A program made the position numbers and the translations under genes. This document shows, one piece after another, positions 46,538 through 58,710 of a stretch of 64,000 nucleotides of DNA. The notes under the pieces are model-generated. The model ran no database searches and was not told the DNA's origin. It saw only the letters and a program-made list of their open reading frames with translations. The stretch lies in contig CDROCS010000288.1 in assembly GCA_977020255.1 (NCBI GenBank), forward strand, positions 1,798,001 through 1,862,000, given 5' to 3'. This DNA comes from Obrimoposthia wandeli (taxonomy: Eukaryota). Position 1 is the stretch's first letter. Every line of letters begins with the position of its first letter.

Positions 46538-46990
46538 CACAGCCTTCTCACTGACGCTTTTTGGTTTTCGCAATTCGAACTTTTTTGTAGTTTTGTTGTG
46601 TTGATAAAATTATTATGATTCAATTATTGAAAATTTGTAAATAAAAAACATTGTGCCAATAAATTTTTTGTAGTTAAAATATAACAAATTGTTGTGTTGA
46701 TAAAATTATTTTATCCTTGGGGTCACCGCAACTTGGCAAATGTTATCAAGGGGTCACCGCACCAGAAAGGTTGGGAACCGCTGGTTTACAGTTATAAAAT
46801 TTAAGTCTTTTATAAGGAAAATTTAAAAAATTAACAGACTTCAATGTTATGATTTTCGGTTTAATAAGACTCCACCTGATTTCTTTGGATTAGTATAATT
46901 ATAGAAATAATTTTAATAATCTAACATTGCTTATAATAGTCAATAAATTGTCTAGAACTGTCAAAGCAGCCTATCAACAATTCATACAAG

Positions 46991-47410
46991 ATGGACAATC
47001 TTGAGAAACCCAAAGAAAAATTAAATTTTATCAAATCGACCAAAATAGACAGAATCCAGACCAGAGAACTGAAATATAATCAGAATGCAGTCGGTAGTGA
47101 AGTAACACAATCTTTGTCAATGAAAAATGACATCTACGCTGATATAGAGCGAATATTTCGGATTTCTATGTTAGCCTTTATAGTATTGTTGTTGTTGGTA
47201 TTTGTAATTGTCTACTCCTACTCCATATACCTCTCTCTAACTTCCAAACATACGGAATCAATACATGTACTTCAAATACCGGATAAAGAAAGCCTAGACA
47301 TCAAAGACGTATTTGTAGAAAATAATTCATTCGATGTAGTCATAAATCCTATCAAAAAGACGTATCGTGAAATTCGACAAATTGTGGGACAATGGTTGAG
47401 AAAGTCTTGA
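46991..47410 (+). CDS. Orphan single-pass membrane protein, 139 aa
   Basis: Intact ATG-to-stop ORF in very AT-rich DNA; hydrophobic stretch ISMLAFIVLLLLVFVIVYSYSIYLSL. Confidence 0.5.
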   Translation: MDNLEKPKEKLNFIKSTKIDRIQTRELKYNQNAVGSEVTQSLSMKNDIYADIERIFRISMLAFIVLLLLVFVIVYSYSIYLSLTSKHTESIHVLQIPDKESLDIKDVFVENNSFDVVINPIKKTYREIRQIVGQWLRKS

Positions 47411-48329
47411 TCAATCCTATAAATCAATCTATTGATTTTATTTTTAATTACTTTCTAGAAATTTTACAAGTTATTATCTTGAAACTTAAAAGATTTTAGA
47501 AATATTTCGTTCGATTATTGTTTCTTTGTCGTACTGCATTGAATTTGTGGTCAATATTTTCAATATATAATTTATTTGCTTTGTCTTCTCTTCAAAGTAT
47601 GAAATTTAATTGACAAAATATTTTTGAAAATAACAATATATTTAATATAGTGCTAATATATAGTAAATTTTCAAAGAATTACTCAAAATAACTCAATGTA
47701 TTCTAAACTTGAAAAAAAATAATGGAATAACTTTCTAAATAAAATTGATTTTAACTTTTCTGAAGCTGTAGACAATTATGCAATTCTTGACATCAATAGG
47801 GAGACTGTTATAAAAGGGAAGAAATTAGTGTTATATCTTCGTTTGTACCAGGAAGTTATGTTTCGGTTAAATATAAAATTCACGAATCATCTCATTTATA
47901 TTAAATGCCGATTGAATGAGAATTTAGAAAGAAAACATTGAATTATAAATTTTACAATAAATTTGTGAAAAATAATAATTAATCGTTTCTCTTGATACTT
48001 ACACTATTTCTTTAACAAAAATACAAAATCTTACCTACCAAGTTAACTTAATAAAGTCTCATAAGTTATAAGTTATAGTTTAGGATTTTCTATATTTACA
48101 TTATTATGTAAGTATATAGAAATTATCTTCAATTAATAAATGAAATAACCTGTAATAAAAGGTTATTTAAGTATAAATATGTAATAAAATTAAGGATTCA
48201 GATTAGAAATGTACACTTCTATTTGAGTATTTTTATTATGAGGTTTACTTTTATTCTTGTCAGAATAAAATGAAATTAACAAATTAAAAAAATCATAATT
48301 ATATTTACTTATCATAAGTTCTTGTCGAT

Positions 48330-49548
48330 AAGCTGTAATTTATCTAAGGAAATATCTGTAAAAATATGAAAAGAAACAAACAGTAGTATTAAATACGTTA
48401 AATTAGGAAAACTAAAATAAATAGCAATTATTTATACAAAAATTTAACCTAACACACAAGGTCGAATTAAATAAAATAAATTAGTCTCGAAATAATTAAA
48501 ATATGTACATGAAGTAAATTGAGACCTTAAAGAGGTCGAAATATTATGTAAATATATAGCAAGAAAAGTGTAAAAAGCCGTCAGAAAATAAAATTTAGTT
48601 GAAATAATACCAAAAGAAAAAAAAACTAAGGAATATGGTGTCTGGGTCTGAATATAGAATTACGTTAAGAATTTTACTAGTAGACACAATTAACAGATTC
48701 ACGTAGCAGAATCAGAAGCAGAGAAATTCGGCCATCTGCTTACAGGGAAATCGATATCACATTAGCGAAAACCCATTGGTGCAGCATAAGCACAAGAAAA
48801 TACGCCGTTTCCCTATCAGCACCTCAATCGCAGAGCACTTAGTGACAATAATTTAGACAAATCCGATGAGGTAAATTACTATTTAAAGAAATTGTCACTG
48901 ACTGGATTACGTGAATCTAAGTGAATATAGTAGCGCTGCAAGTAAATAGAGTCAGATAACAGAACAAATAGAGAAGTTCGGAAGACAGTGAGCCTCGTAC
49001 GAATCTATTATCAAATCTTGAAAAGGCCGAATCACCGACTCGAGAAGATACGTTATAGCTACGGTGAAATTAAAAAATAGAGAAATCTAAAATACTGAAT
49101 AGTCTGATTGTGAATCAATTGTAATTGTTTGTTATCGTCGTTCGTATAATCAGTTGAAGAATAAAGTAGAGTAAAAAGTGAAAAATCATTATCTATTGAT
49201 TAAGTTATAAATTGTGAATAATTTGTAATTGTTTGTTATCGTCGTTCGTATAATCAGTTGAAGAATAAAGTAGAGTAAAAAGTGAAAAATCATTATCTAT
49301 TGATTAAGTAATCAATTGTGAATAATTTGTAATTGTTTGTAATCGTCGATTGTCTAATCAGTTGAGAAATTGTAATTGTTTGTAATCGACGATTGTATAA
49401 GCTGTTGTAAAATAAAGTAGAGTAGAGCTTCTTTGGAGGTATTGTTTGTATAACAGTCTTTTGCTGTTGTTTATTATAACCGAATATTTCCCTTGTCTGT
49501 TTCAAACTCTTTAGCTGTCGTCACAATCACATATTTTCAGCAAAACAC
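48330..49548. repeat. LTR-like segment containing a ~104-bp tandem duplication (49110-49420); boundaries approximate
   Basis: GACCTTAAAGAGGTCG hairpin and context similar to 52323-53567. Confidence 0.4.
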
Positions 49549-51739
49549 ACCACCTTCAGATTTCGGTATTTGGAATAATATTTTTTAGTCTTAATTGTAT
49601 TCTCCATTTAAAATATAATCAAATTTAAACTCCCTATATTGTAAAACGAAATATTGAATCGGATATATAATTTTTTATATAAATTGGCTTATTCATAAGA
49701 CTGGCTTATCTTTGTCGCATTTTTATTTCAGAAATTTGTATTTTTTGGTCTCTTGATTATACATGAGAATTTAGGGTATTATTAAATATATGTTTATTTA
49801 ATTCTTTTCAATTAACTACCTTTACTTATAAGTAATTAATTGAAATATAAAATTCTGACAATTATTGCTAGCCAATGTAATTGCATCCAATATTTTCTCA
49901 TTTATTTCTTAAAATTGAAAACAATTCTGATTTATTTATTCAATATTTTTAAAATTTATTTAATTGGTAGTCCAGAATATTTTATAGTTATTAAGTTTGA
50001 AAATAAAGTTTGAACGTAATTATGGTATACTTATCATTATAGTCATAAGTAATTTTAAACCAATTTTGACCTAGAATTAATTAATTAATAAATCATTCTA
50101 CTGACTAAATAATCTTGTCTTGTTAAAATAAAATAATTTTGTTGCTTTAAAATATCTAATGGGATGGTGGTTATTTAATAAAATCCAATAAAATTCATTT
50201 TATGCATTTGAATTGGACCAAAAATAATATTTTGCATAAGGTTCCAAATTTAAAAAATTGGATCAAAATGGTTTATTTTTAAAAAATTTGACTCGGAAGT
50301 CCTTATTACTTCATTTATTTGAGGGTTTATTGTAAAATTTTGTCAAAAATAAAGCCAATATTCTAAGTTAAGTAAGAAGAACGGGAACCTATTAGTCGCG
50401 GAACTCAAACTCCTTTAGTTCGCGAAGAAGCATTCAGACTCTTAAGGTTAATTTTTTATTAATACAAATAATTATTTTATTTATCTTATTTAATTTTCCT
50501 TAATCTAACACTGTCATAATGATCACTGCATTCGATAATTTTTTTTCAACTAATGACTGTTCGACTTGATCGGTTTCTGAAATCTTTTGCTCTGGAGGCA
50601 ACCATTGTTTTGTGATTCCTAATTGTAAGATAGTTCTAAATGTGTTCTTCCATTAATTTAAAATTTCTCAGGAACTACTGCTGTCTCCTGAAGTGTTATT
50701 TTTATTCACGTTTCTTTCTACAATTATCCATCGATGATATGATTAATTTAAAATTTTTATTCAACGTTGTGTTTGTTTTAGAGTTTTTTTAGTTTTAATT
50801 TAATTTTTATCTTATTTTTCTCAGTCGTACTTTAGTCAATCAAATATTTAATTTAATTGTCTGTTTCAGGACCTTAATATTATCAAAACTCATACATCTG
50901 CCAGGAAAACATTAAATAGCTATTTGTTGAATTTATTTTCAATAACCGTAAGAATATCTTCAATAATTGTTAATTTCAATAAAAGTAAGAATATATTCAG
51001 TAATTGCATTATACAATAAAATAATGATGATTTTTAATAATTTAAAGTCTTTATTCAGTGACATTCCTTTAAATATCTTCAGACAAGCACCACCCATGTG
51101 ATCAAATTCCCTGACACACGCACATTGAAGGTATAATAAACGATGGCATAAACGAAGTGCACATATCACAGAGACTGCAACTGCTTCTTCTGCATGTAAC
51201 TCAATGACCGAAAATCACAGCCAACATTGAATGATGTCTGTAGAAATCTGAATCATGCTACCGTAGTACATCGGGCTCGTGGTTAGTCTGATCTGTTTTT
51301 TTTTAGATTGAGCAGATAGATCAGATTGAGCCAACTTCGATCGCAGATCGAACTGGACCAAATTGGTCCACTCGATCCACGATCGAAAAGCAATCAACAT
51401 TTTTCTCCCTGTCACTCTTATCTCTAACTTCACAGAATAACCCACATAATTTACCTTGTTTTCACGAATGAGCGATAATTTCTTAAACCTTTGAACTAGG
51501 GAGACACTGAGATACAAGAGCTACTGAAAGATTATCTGATTTGTCGTGTACATTTAGAGGGATTGTTAAATGAATTTCAACGAAACAGTTTATCATCAGT
51601 TTTAACAGTGTTAACAGTAGGCAAATCTGTTATCAATTTATTCAACTCTTCTACGTCACACTCTCATATCACGTGTTAGATGTTGAGTAAGAGCCTACAA
51701 TTTTCCCTGAATCATCTAGTACTTCATGAAGTTCTCCTG

Positions 51740-51860
51740 GCTTCGATTTTCCATCCAGATATCGAAGAAACACCTGCAACTGATCTGTTTTTTTGCAATA
51801 TGTTTTTTTGTCACACTGAAATGCAAGCATTCCACTGGCCTTCAAAGCCTTCACGTTCTA
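51740..51860 (-). pseudogene. hAT transposase remnant
   Basis: ALKASGMLAFQCDKKTYCKKTDQLQVFLRYLDG resembles the hAT F..Q.DE.TD....QL.VF.RY motif. Confidence 0.4.
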
Positions 51861-52322
51861 ATTCTCAATGTTCCCGGTCATATCAAGTATTATCCAACTA
51901 ACTGTCGTGCCAGATAACAGCTTATTTCGAAACACATATGCAAACTGTTCATAAAACATAATTTCCAGTCTTTCTAGATCTTAATAAGAAAATAAGTTTG
52001 AAAAAACAATGCAAATATCATAAAAAATTGTTTAAAATATGTTAGACTTAATTATTTATAAAAGTTATCAAATAGTTAAATATTTATTTTATTAATAAAG
52101 CTCTTTAGATATTACAATAATTTCTAGCCTACAATGTGAATCAAAAAATGTCAAACAAAAGTTTTGTTTAAAAAGATCTGTTAATTTAAATCAAATTTTA
52201 TTTGAATTTTTACATATGTAGACGTACAATTTACTATATAAATATGTTACTGGTAAACTTAATATTTGATGGAATTTACAGGTGGGTTGATTAAAGTTAG
52301 ATAGGAATTTAAATTTTTATAG

Positions 52323-53567
52323 TATTAGATTAAGGAAAATTGAAAATAAGATAAATTATAATAATTAATTATGCTAAAATTTAAACCTTAAAAATCAAAG
52401 GTCGAAACAAATTTAAATTAGAAATTAAAAATAAATTGATTTTAGAATAAAATGAATTAAAATAAATTAGGACCTTGAAGAGGTCGTGGAGAAATATATA
52501 TTAAATAAGTAAAACAGTGTAAAATAAGGCTGAAGGAGATAATATTGAGTTCAGTTTGAATTAATGGAAAAACGGTTAATACACGAAAATCGAAAGGTAA
52601 TTTGATTTTGTGTGAGTTAAGCCACTTGTTTAGAAGAAACTCTCAGAAATCCGCAAAGCACTTATCTCCTAGAAAAGAATTCAGCAGCAGTCGCAGAAGA
52701 TAGCTCAGAACCACTTAGAGACTGTGAATAGAGCAGAGTTAAATTTTTATATACAAAAGAATTTATTTCCTAATAATGTCAGAAAAATATCGGGAACGCA
52801 TTTGATCTTAGTGTTAAAGAAAATTAAAGAAATCAGAATTGGGCAATGACGGACTTTGATTGTAAAAAAAGAAACATATTAACGTCCGAATTGAGTTGAA
52901 AAACGAAACATATTATCGTCAGAATTTGATTTTTAAAACGGTGAGAATAGTGGTGTATATTTAGTAGCCAAACTTGATTTGTAAAAGTGTAATTATTTAA
53001 TAAAATAACTTTATTTGTAAAATCGTATTTATTAAAAGAACTTTATTTGTAAAAGTGAATTTAGTAAAAGAACTTTATTTGTAAAAGTGAATTTAGTAAC
53101 AGAACTAGATTTGTAAAAGTGAATTTAGTAACATAAGTTGATTTGTAAAAGTGAATTAAGTAACAGAACTAGATTTGTAAAAGTGAATTTAGTAAAATAA
53201 CTAGATTTGTAAAAGTGAATTTAGTAAAATAACTAGATTTGTAAAAGTGAATTTAGTAACAGAACTAGATTTGTAAAAATGAATTTAGTAACAGAACTAG
53301 ATTTGCAAAAGTGAATTTAGTAAAATAATTTGATTGGTAAAAGTGAATTTAGTAACAGAAGTTGATTTGTAAAATGAATTTAGTAATGACTGGTGGATTT
53401 TAATTGACATTCGGGTGCTTGTCACAACAGAAAGGCTAGAAGTGAAGTATATCAGACTCATAAGAACCCGGCAGACTGACCATCACGGAATGATCATAAC
53501 ATGTTAAAGGGAAATTGGACACGCGCTTTCTCGCGCTCATAGTACAATGCGTTTAAATGTTTCACAC
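52323..53567. repeat. LTR-like segment containing a 32-bp tandem array (~52975-53385, about 12 copies)
   Basis: Unit GATTTGTAAAAGTGAATTTAGTAACAGAACTA; GACCTTGAAGAGGTCG hairpin; one terminus matches 50470-50509; minus strand reads AAGGGG-TGTG at 53567. Confidence 0.5.
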
Positions 53568-54729
53568 CCCTTGTTGGTTTTTTAATGTTTTTATTACTAC
53601 CCACTTCTGGGATTTTATTATTGCTGTTGCACTCTTGGCCGAGTCAGTCAAATAACTCTCTCCCTTGCCACCTCAAATTACAGGTGTGTTGTGATTGGCT
53701 CGGTATTCATATATAAGGAGCTGGTATAAATATGTAATGTATATAATATGGTAAATAAAGACTTTAAATTGTAATGTATATATTATGGTAAATAAAGACT
53801 ATTCAATATATTTTAAGAATCACTTTAAGAATTGTTCAACAACAGTCCAAATCCAGTTGTTAATTTTCTGATATCAAATGCTATTTATATCTCCACCCAT
53901 AGCCCACCGATCCGGCGGCCAAGCAGACAGGTGGGGATTAGACCATCGCAATACAACAAAGAGAGAGATAGATATAACATCAGGGAGAGGGAGGAATTCG
54001 CAGATCTGGAAATTCCCGGTTCTGCACACATACACAGATGTACAGCCGGGAATTGTCGCTGTCACTCAAGGCGATCCTCGGGACAGTCCGATCTGGACTC
54101 GGCTGCGTGGATCTCGGGTAGGGTAAATGATTGATACTATAATATTTTATTCGATCTCAGACCAAAATGCCCCTAAAGGTGCTACCTGATCTGCGATCGA
54201 ATCCTCCTCATCTGCCCACTTTACCATCACCATTGTTATCTCTGGCTTCGCGGAATCCACCGTGAAGTCAGAGATAACAAGCCATCTCCCTGAAGAGCCC
54301 AGCAGGGCGAAACGGGCTTTTTTCCCGTCGGAGATTGACCACTCTATAACCAAAATGCCAAAGTGCATTCATTAATTAACTTTTTAATTAATATTTTTCT
54401 AAATTGTCTTTCAACAATTTTTCTTATTCCCAACAAATAAATTCTCACTCTTCTACAAAATCATTCTCAACAATCCTCGGGATTATAAAAAACTCTGTAC
54501 TCAGATAATTTTTTAAGAAGATTATTCCTAAAACTCACATCATGGTAAATTTCATTTTATCTTTCTAAAAAAAATTGTGATAAATCTCAGTTAAAATTAA
54601 CGACATGTGTATAACCAGAAGTCTATGTGTTCATCAAGTCATAATAATGTTATAATAATACTAGATGTGTGTTAGGTAATACAATTTTGAACAAAAAGAA
54701 TGAAGAAAACAAATAAAAATATAACTACC

Positions 54730-55904
54730 TCATTCAATAATAATCGGAGAACTTTGAGTTCCAGACTCTGTGTTTCCTTTACTCGTCTCCATCGAGTAAC
54801 TCTGGCTGTTTTCACCAATTAGGGAATTTAACGTCCCCGTCAGATCAAATTCTTCTCTTATCATTATTTCTTTTTTTATAAAAATTTTTCTGGTGTTTCT
54901 TGCTTCTTCTATACTAGTGTGGATGCCTGCTTGTGTTTCTAAATGTAGATATTGACGCACCATGTTTGCTAGTCCAATATTTGGATGATTGTGGTTTAAT
55001 TCTGTTCTTATTGTCTTTGAAATTCTTAAATCAACGATGTAGAATAACATCCAATTCTGCAAGCGTAAAGCTTTCAAATCGTTTGTTAGTCCTACACCTA
55101 TGATGATGTTACCATACACAATATTCCTTACTTCCTCAATTACTTCATCAGCATCTCTACATCCTTGTAACTTTCAATCTGGGAGTCCAGTTATTCTAGT
55201 AACGTAATTTCTTACTATATCCCTAGTTACACACAGTGTATCTATAATTACGTCACCTGCGTAATTTATAATAGAAACACTTGCCAAAACTGGCTGTTTA
55301 TCCACTGATATTACCATTTCGCAATCAATGAACAAAATTGTAGGTTTCTGTGCGCCTCTTAACTCAAAAAGGGCTATTTGTTGTGATTCTTCCGATTTTC
55401 TTATTTTTTCGATAAATAATAGGTTTGGACCTTTTCCTATTTTTATGTCATATGCTTTCTCCAATTGTGCTGCTTTCAATATATATGTGTGATTTTTTAT
55501 CATATGAAAATTCAATGTTTTATCTGATTTCGCCTTCAAATGGACTATTCCTAATGCTACATGAAACTACATTTTTCACAATCATTATTTTCGAAAAATT
55601 CACCTAAGGCAATTTGAGTTGGCTTATTGTTATTATTCATAATTAATACGCTGGTTCGCTCTTCCTTTGTGATTTTCAATTTGTTTGGAATAAACGTCTG
55701 ATTTATAAATATATTTCATCCACTTCCATTTTTGAAAAATGCTATACTAAATTGACGCATTCTTCGGTATAGAAATCTTGCCAATGCTGTTCTTTCAGGT
55801 ATATTTTCCGATGTTCCTCTATTTATTTTAACTGATGTTGTGATTTGATCTGACCGAGTGTGTTCCCTCTGATCTGGAGTCATATCCAGTTTATTGATAT
55901 CCAT
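54730..55904 (-). pseudogene. Protein with a C-terminal REX4/ISG20-like DEDDh 3'-5' exonuclease domain; in-frame stop at 55174-55176
   Basis: LFIDCEMV..LASVSIINYAGDVIIDT..NYVTRITGL..IIIGVGLTNDLKAL..IQ-like TQAGIHTSIEEARNT; intronless. Confidence 0.8.
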
Positions 55905-56039
55905 CTGTTTGTTTATAGTACATTTAATATTTGTTTAAAAGAAAAGATTAAATAAAAATCAAAAGATTAAATCGGTCATGCTAAAAATGAGAATTATTAA
56001 TATGAGGATTTATAAAAGTCAACTGTGACTGATTAAATT

Positions 56040-57065
56040 TTAACCAGGATTTTGTTCACTGATATCTCTATCAGAGTTATGTTCATTAACAAGTATAAAA
56101 TTATCATCCATAGCAGGGTATATGGTCAGGTAAGAGTTGATCATGTTACCAAATATCATTATTTGTCTTCGAAGTGAAGTCATAACCGATTTTCGGTCTT
56201 GTATTTTTTGAATCAAATAGTCTGTGTAATCAAAATTCTGAAATAATTTCAATTTTAACTCATCAATTGTCAACTCATTATTTATTTTTTCTTCAACACT
56301 TTGTTTAATTATTTGTTTCAAAGCTTCGTTTTGTTTGGTTACTTTTATATATTAATTGTCTCACTGTTTGTATACATCTCGAACCTTCTTTTTTAACTTA
56401 TTACATTTTCTGCAAGGCTTTATTATTCCTTTCATTACTTATCTAAAATGATAATTATTATGTCAGGATACGTTTCCTGGTTATTTATGTTTTATTAATT
56501 GTTTTGAATTTTATGTTTATATAACAGTTGTTTATTTAAATAATGTAAATGTTTACGTACTATTATTTGTATTTTCGAACATAATACTTAAGTTATTGTG
56601 TAATTTATCTATAAGTTTGTTAGTTTCGTCAAACGTTTCATATTATTTGATTAAGTGATATTTGTTTTCTTATTCTAAATTCTTACTTATTAGGGAATTC
56701 TATTAATTTTCACATCCAGAATCATCATCCTCCAATTGTTGGAATCCGATAAGTTGATTCACCATTACTCTCAACGATACTAAAGAATCTAAAGCTTCTC
56801 TGAGTCTTCTCACCAAGGATTCCCTGTTTATCTGGCTATATTCTAATCTCACCATTGCCACGTCAAAAGCATTGTTTAGACATCCACTTTCCATTTCCTT
56901 GTTTCCCAGCTGTGATCTCAGATTTATATTTTCGATCATCAATTTATTTTTCCATTTCTTCTGTATTCTATATTTTCTTCGGTTTCTTTGCATAATTTTT
57001 GAATTTCTCATTTCTAAATTTTTATAATTTATATTAGTTATTATATTTTTACAATTTTTAAACAT
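56040..57065 (-). CDS. Two small coiled-coil-like accessory ORFs (56703..57065 and 56040..56321)
   Basis: Same strand and A-rich composition as the flanking retroelement genes; no motif recognised. Confidence 0.35.
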
Positions 57066-57169
57066 TCTATCTATACATGTTTCTTTCTCGCATTTTATTT
57101 TCCAAATTGATCATTATCGCTTAACTTTTATTAAACTGTTAAATTATTAGTATTATTATTATTTTTATT

Positions 57170-58560
57170 AGGTTCAATTCACAAAGAGCTCTCTTTTGCA
57201 TATTTATGGCTTTCAATTACTGTATTTATTGATGTATTAGATGAGTTTGTGCAGCTTGGTATTATAAATGTCGTTATTGGCCCTGGGGGTCCGTAAAATT
57301 TATGTAACAATATAGATTTTGTGTCGTAATCTGTTTTTGTGTTTTTATTTATATTATTACTCGTAAGATAATGCCGGATATTTTAATTAGAATTGTTATT
57401 ATTATTATAAATTCTATTTGATATATATTTTCTGAATATTTTTGTTGTATGTTATATGTTATATTTTTAAAATTTATCAGTTTTGAATGTTTTGTTTCGT
57501 TATTTAAATAGATTGATTGATTTTGTATGTTTTCTGTAGAGGTGAATGGTAATGTTTTCTTAGATATTTCTGTTGTGTAGAATGTTGAATATTTTTTATT
57601 TTTTGTTGTGGTCACTATTATATTTTATTCTATTTTTACTATCGACCAACTTCCGCAGAAAATGGTTGGTTGGAACATTCTGGTTATTTTATTTCCTATG
57701 GTTTCTAAAGTAGTTAAGTTTTTATAATCATTAAGTATATGTCCTCAAGCTCTATAAATCATTGGTTTATTTGTGATAACACATTCTCTATATTGTATTA
57801 TTATTTTCTGTGATTGTTTTAAAATTTTTATAGTAAAATTTAGATTTGTTTGTGATTTTTCTAAGTGTTTATCTTGTATTGTCCAGAAATTAGAATTTGG
57901 TTTTCTATATCTTATTCTTATAAGAGTTTTGTCAAAATTGTCTAATTTTAATTGAATTTTCCATTTTATTACTGTTTTAGATTTATTTATTATTTTCGTT
58001 TTTGTTTCTATAATTGAGTTTAAATAATTGTGAGTTTTTATATTTCTTCGATAAAGTGTAATCTTTTGTGTATCCGATTTGATCTTAATTTCATACTATG
58101 TTTCTGCTTGTAAAAATGGTATTGTATATTTTTTTGATTTTATTCCTCATATGGTTATGTTTTGATTTTTTGATTTTTGAGTAATTTGTAAATTTCCTGT
58201 CTTGTTTGTGAGAAGTGAGAATTTTAACTTAACTGAGGTTAATTCAGGTATTATTGTGACTAAACCAAAATTTTCAACAAGGTGTGTTGTTGAGTCGTAT
58301 TTATTTATGACATATTTTTTATATTTCAATTTAATATCCTTTGTTTCGTGTAAACTTTTACTTATTATAAAATAAATCGAAAATATTATTAATATTTTTG
58401 CAAATTCTTTTATTGATATTATTACTGTATTTATCCATTGAGATTTTTTATTTTTAATGTTCCTTCTCTGTGAGTTTTGTTTTGGTAACATCTGTAAGAC
58501 TGTATTTTTTGTATTTGATCTTAAATTATATTTGTGGTTTTTTACTGTTGTGTTTTCTTC
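57170..58560 (-). pseudogene. Env-position membrane protein fused to the integrase tail: signal-like segment, FN3-like ectodomain, transmembrane helix
   Basis: ILIIFSIYFIISKS; KTVIKW..IRIRYRKPNSNFW..NFTIKIL..IIIQYRECV (57981-57779); FIIIITILIKISGIILRVII. Confidence 0.45.
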
Positions 58561-58710
58561 GGGTACCTGTCGAAATCTGTTTATATGTACTCTTATTTCT
58601 TTTAGTTTTGGATCATTATCAAGTTTCGCTGTTATGTTAGTTCCATTGTTACTAATCACCGTATAAGGTCCTTTAAATGGTTTTGTTGGGTTTAGAAATT
58701 AATAAATTAG
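58560..58710 (-). pseudogene. Gypsy integrase C-terminal GPY/F module
   Basis: KPFKGPYTVISNNGTNITAKL..IRVHINRFRQ; upstream pol is missing or displaced by other sequence at ~58740. Confidence 0.7.

Larger units (their letters stand above)
33415..46783 (+). mobile_element. Non-autonomous hAT element (~750 bp of its own sequence: 33415-33916 and 46538-46783) split by the Polinton
   Basis: TIRs CAGCGGTTCCCAACCT / AGGTTGGGAACCGCTG; 8-bp TSD GTTTAGAG / GTTTACAG; dimerisation-domain remnant FWIKSLQSYPVLSEIALRLILPFPTTYLCETGFSSLLVIKSKYRSR..DLRCAL..KKQSQ|PSH* resumes after the Polinton. Confidence 0.92.

Noticed and set aside
53626-53841. Possible short solo LTR (TGTTGCAC...ACAACA with TATA and AATAAA)
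   Set aside because: No TSD, PBS or PPT support
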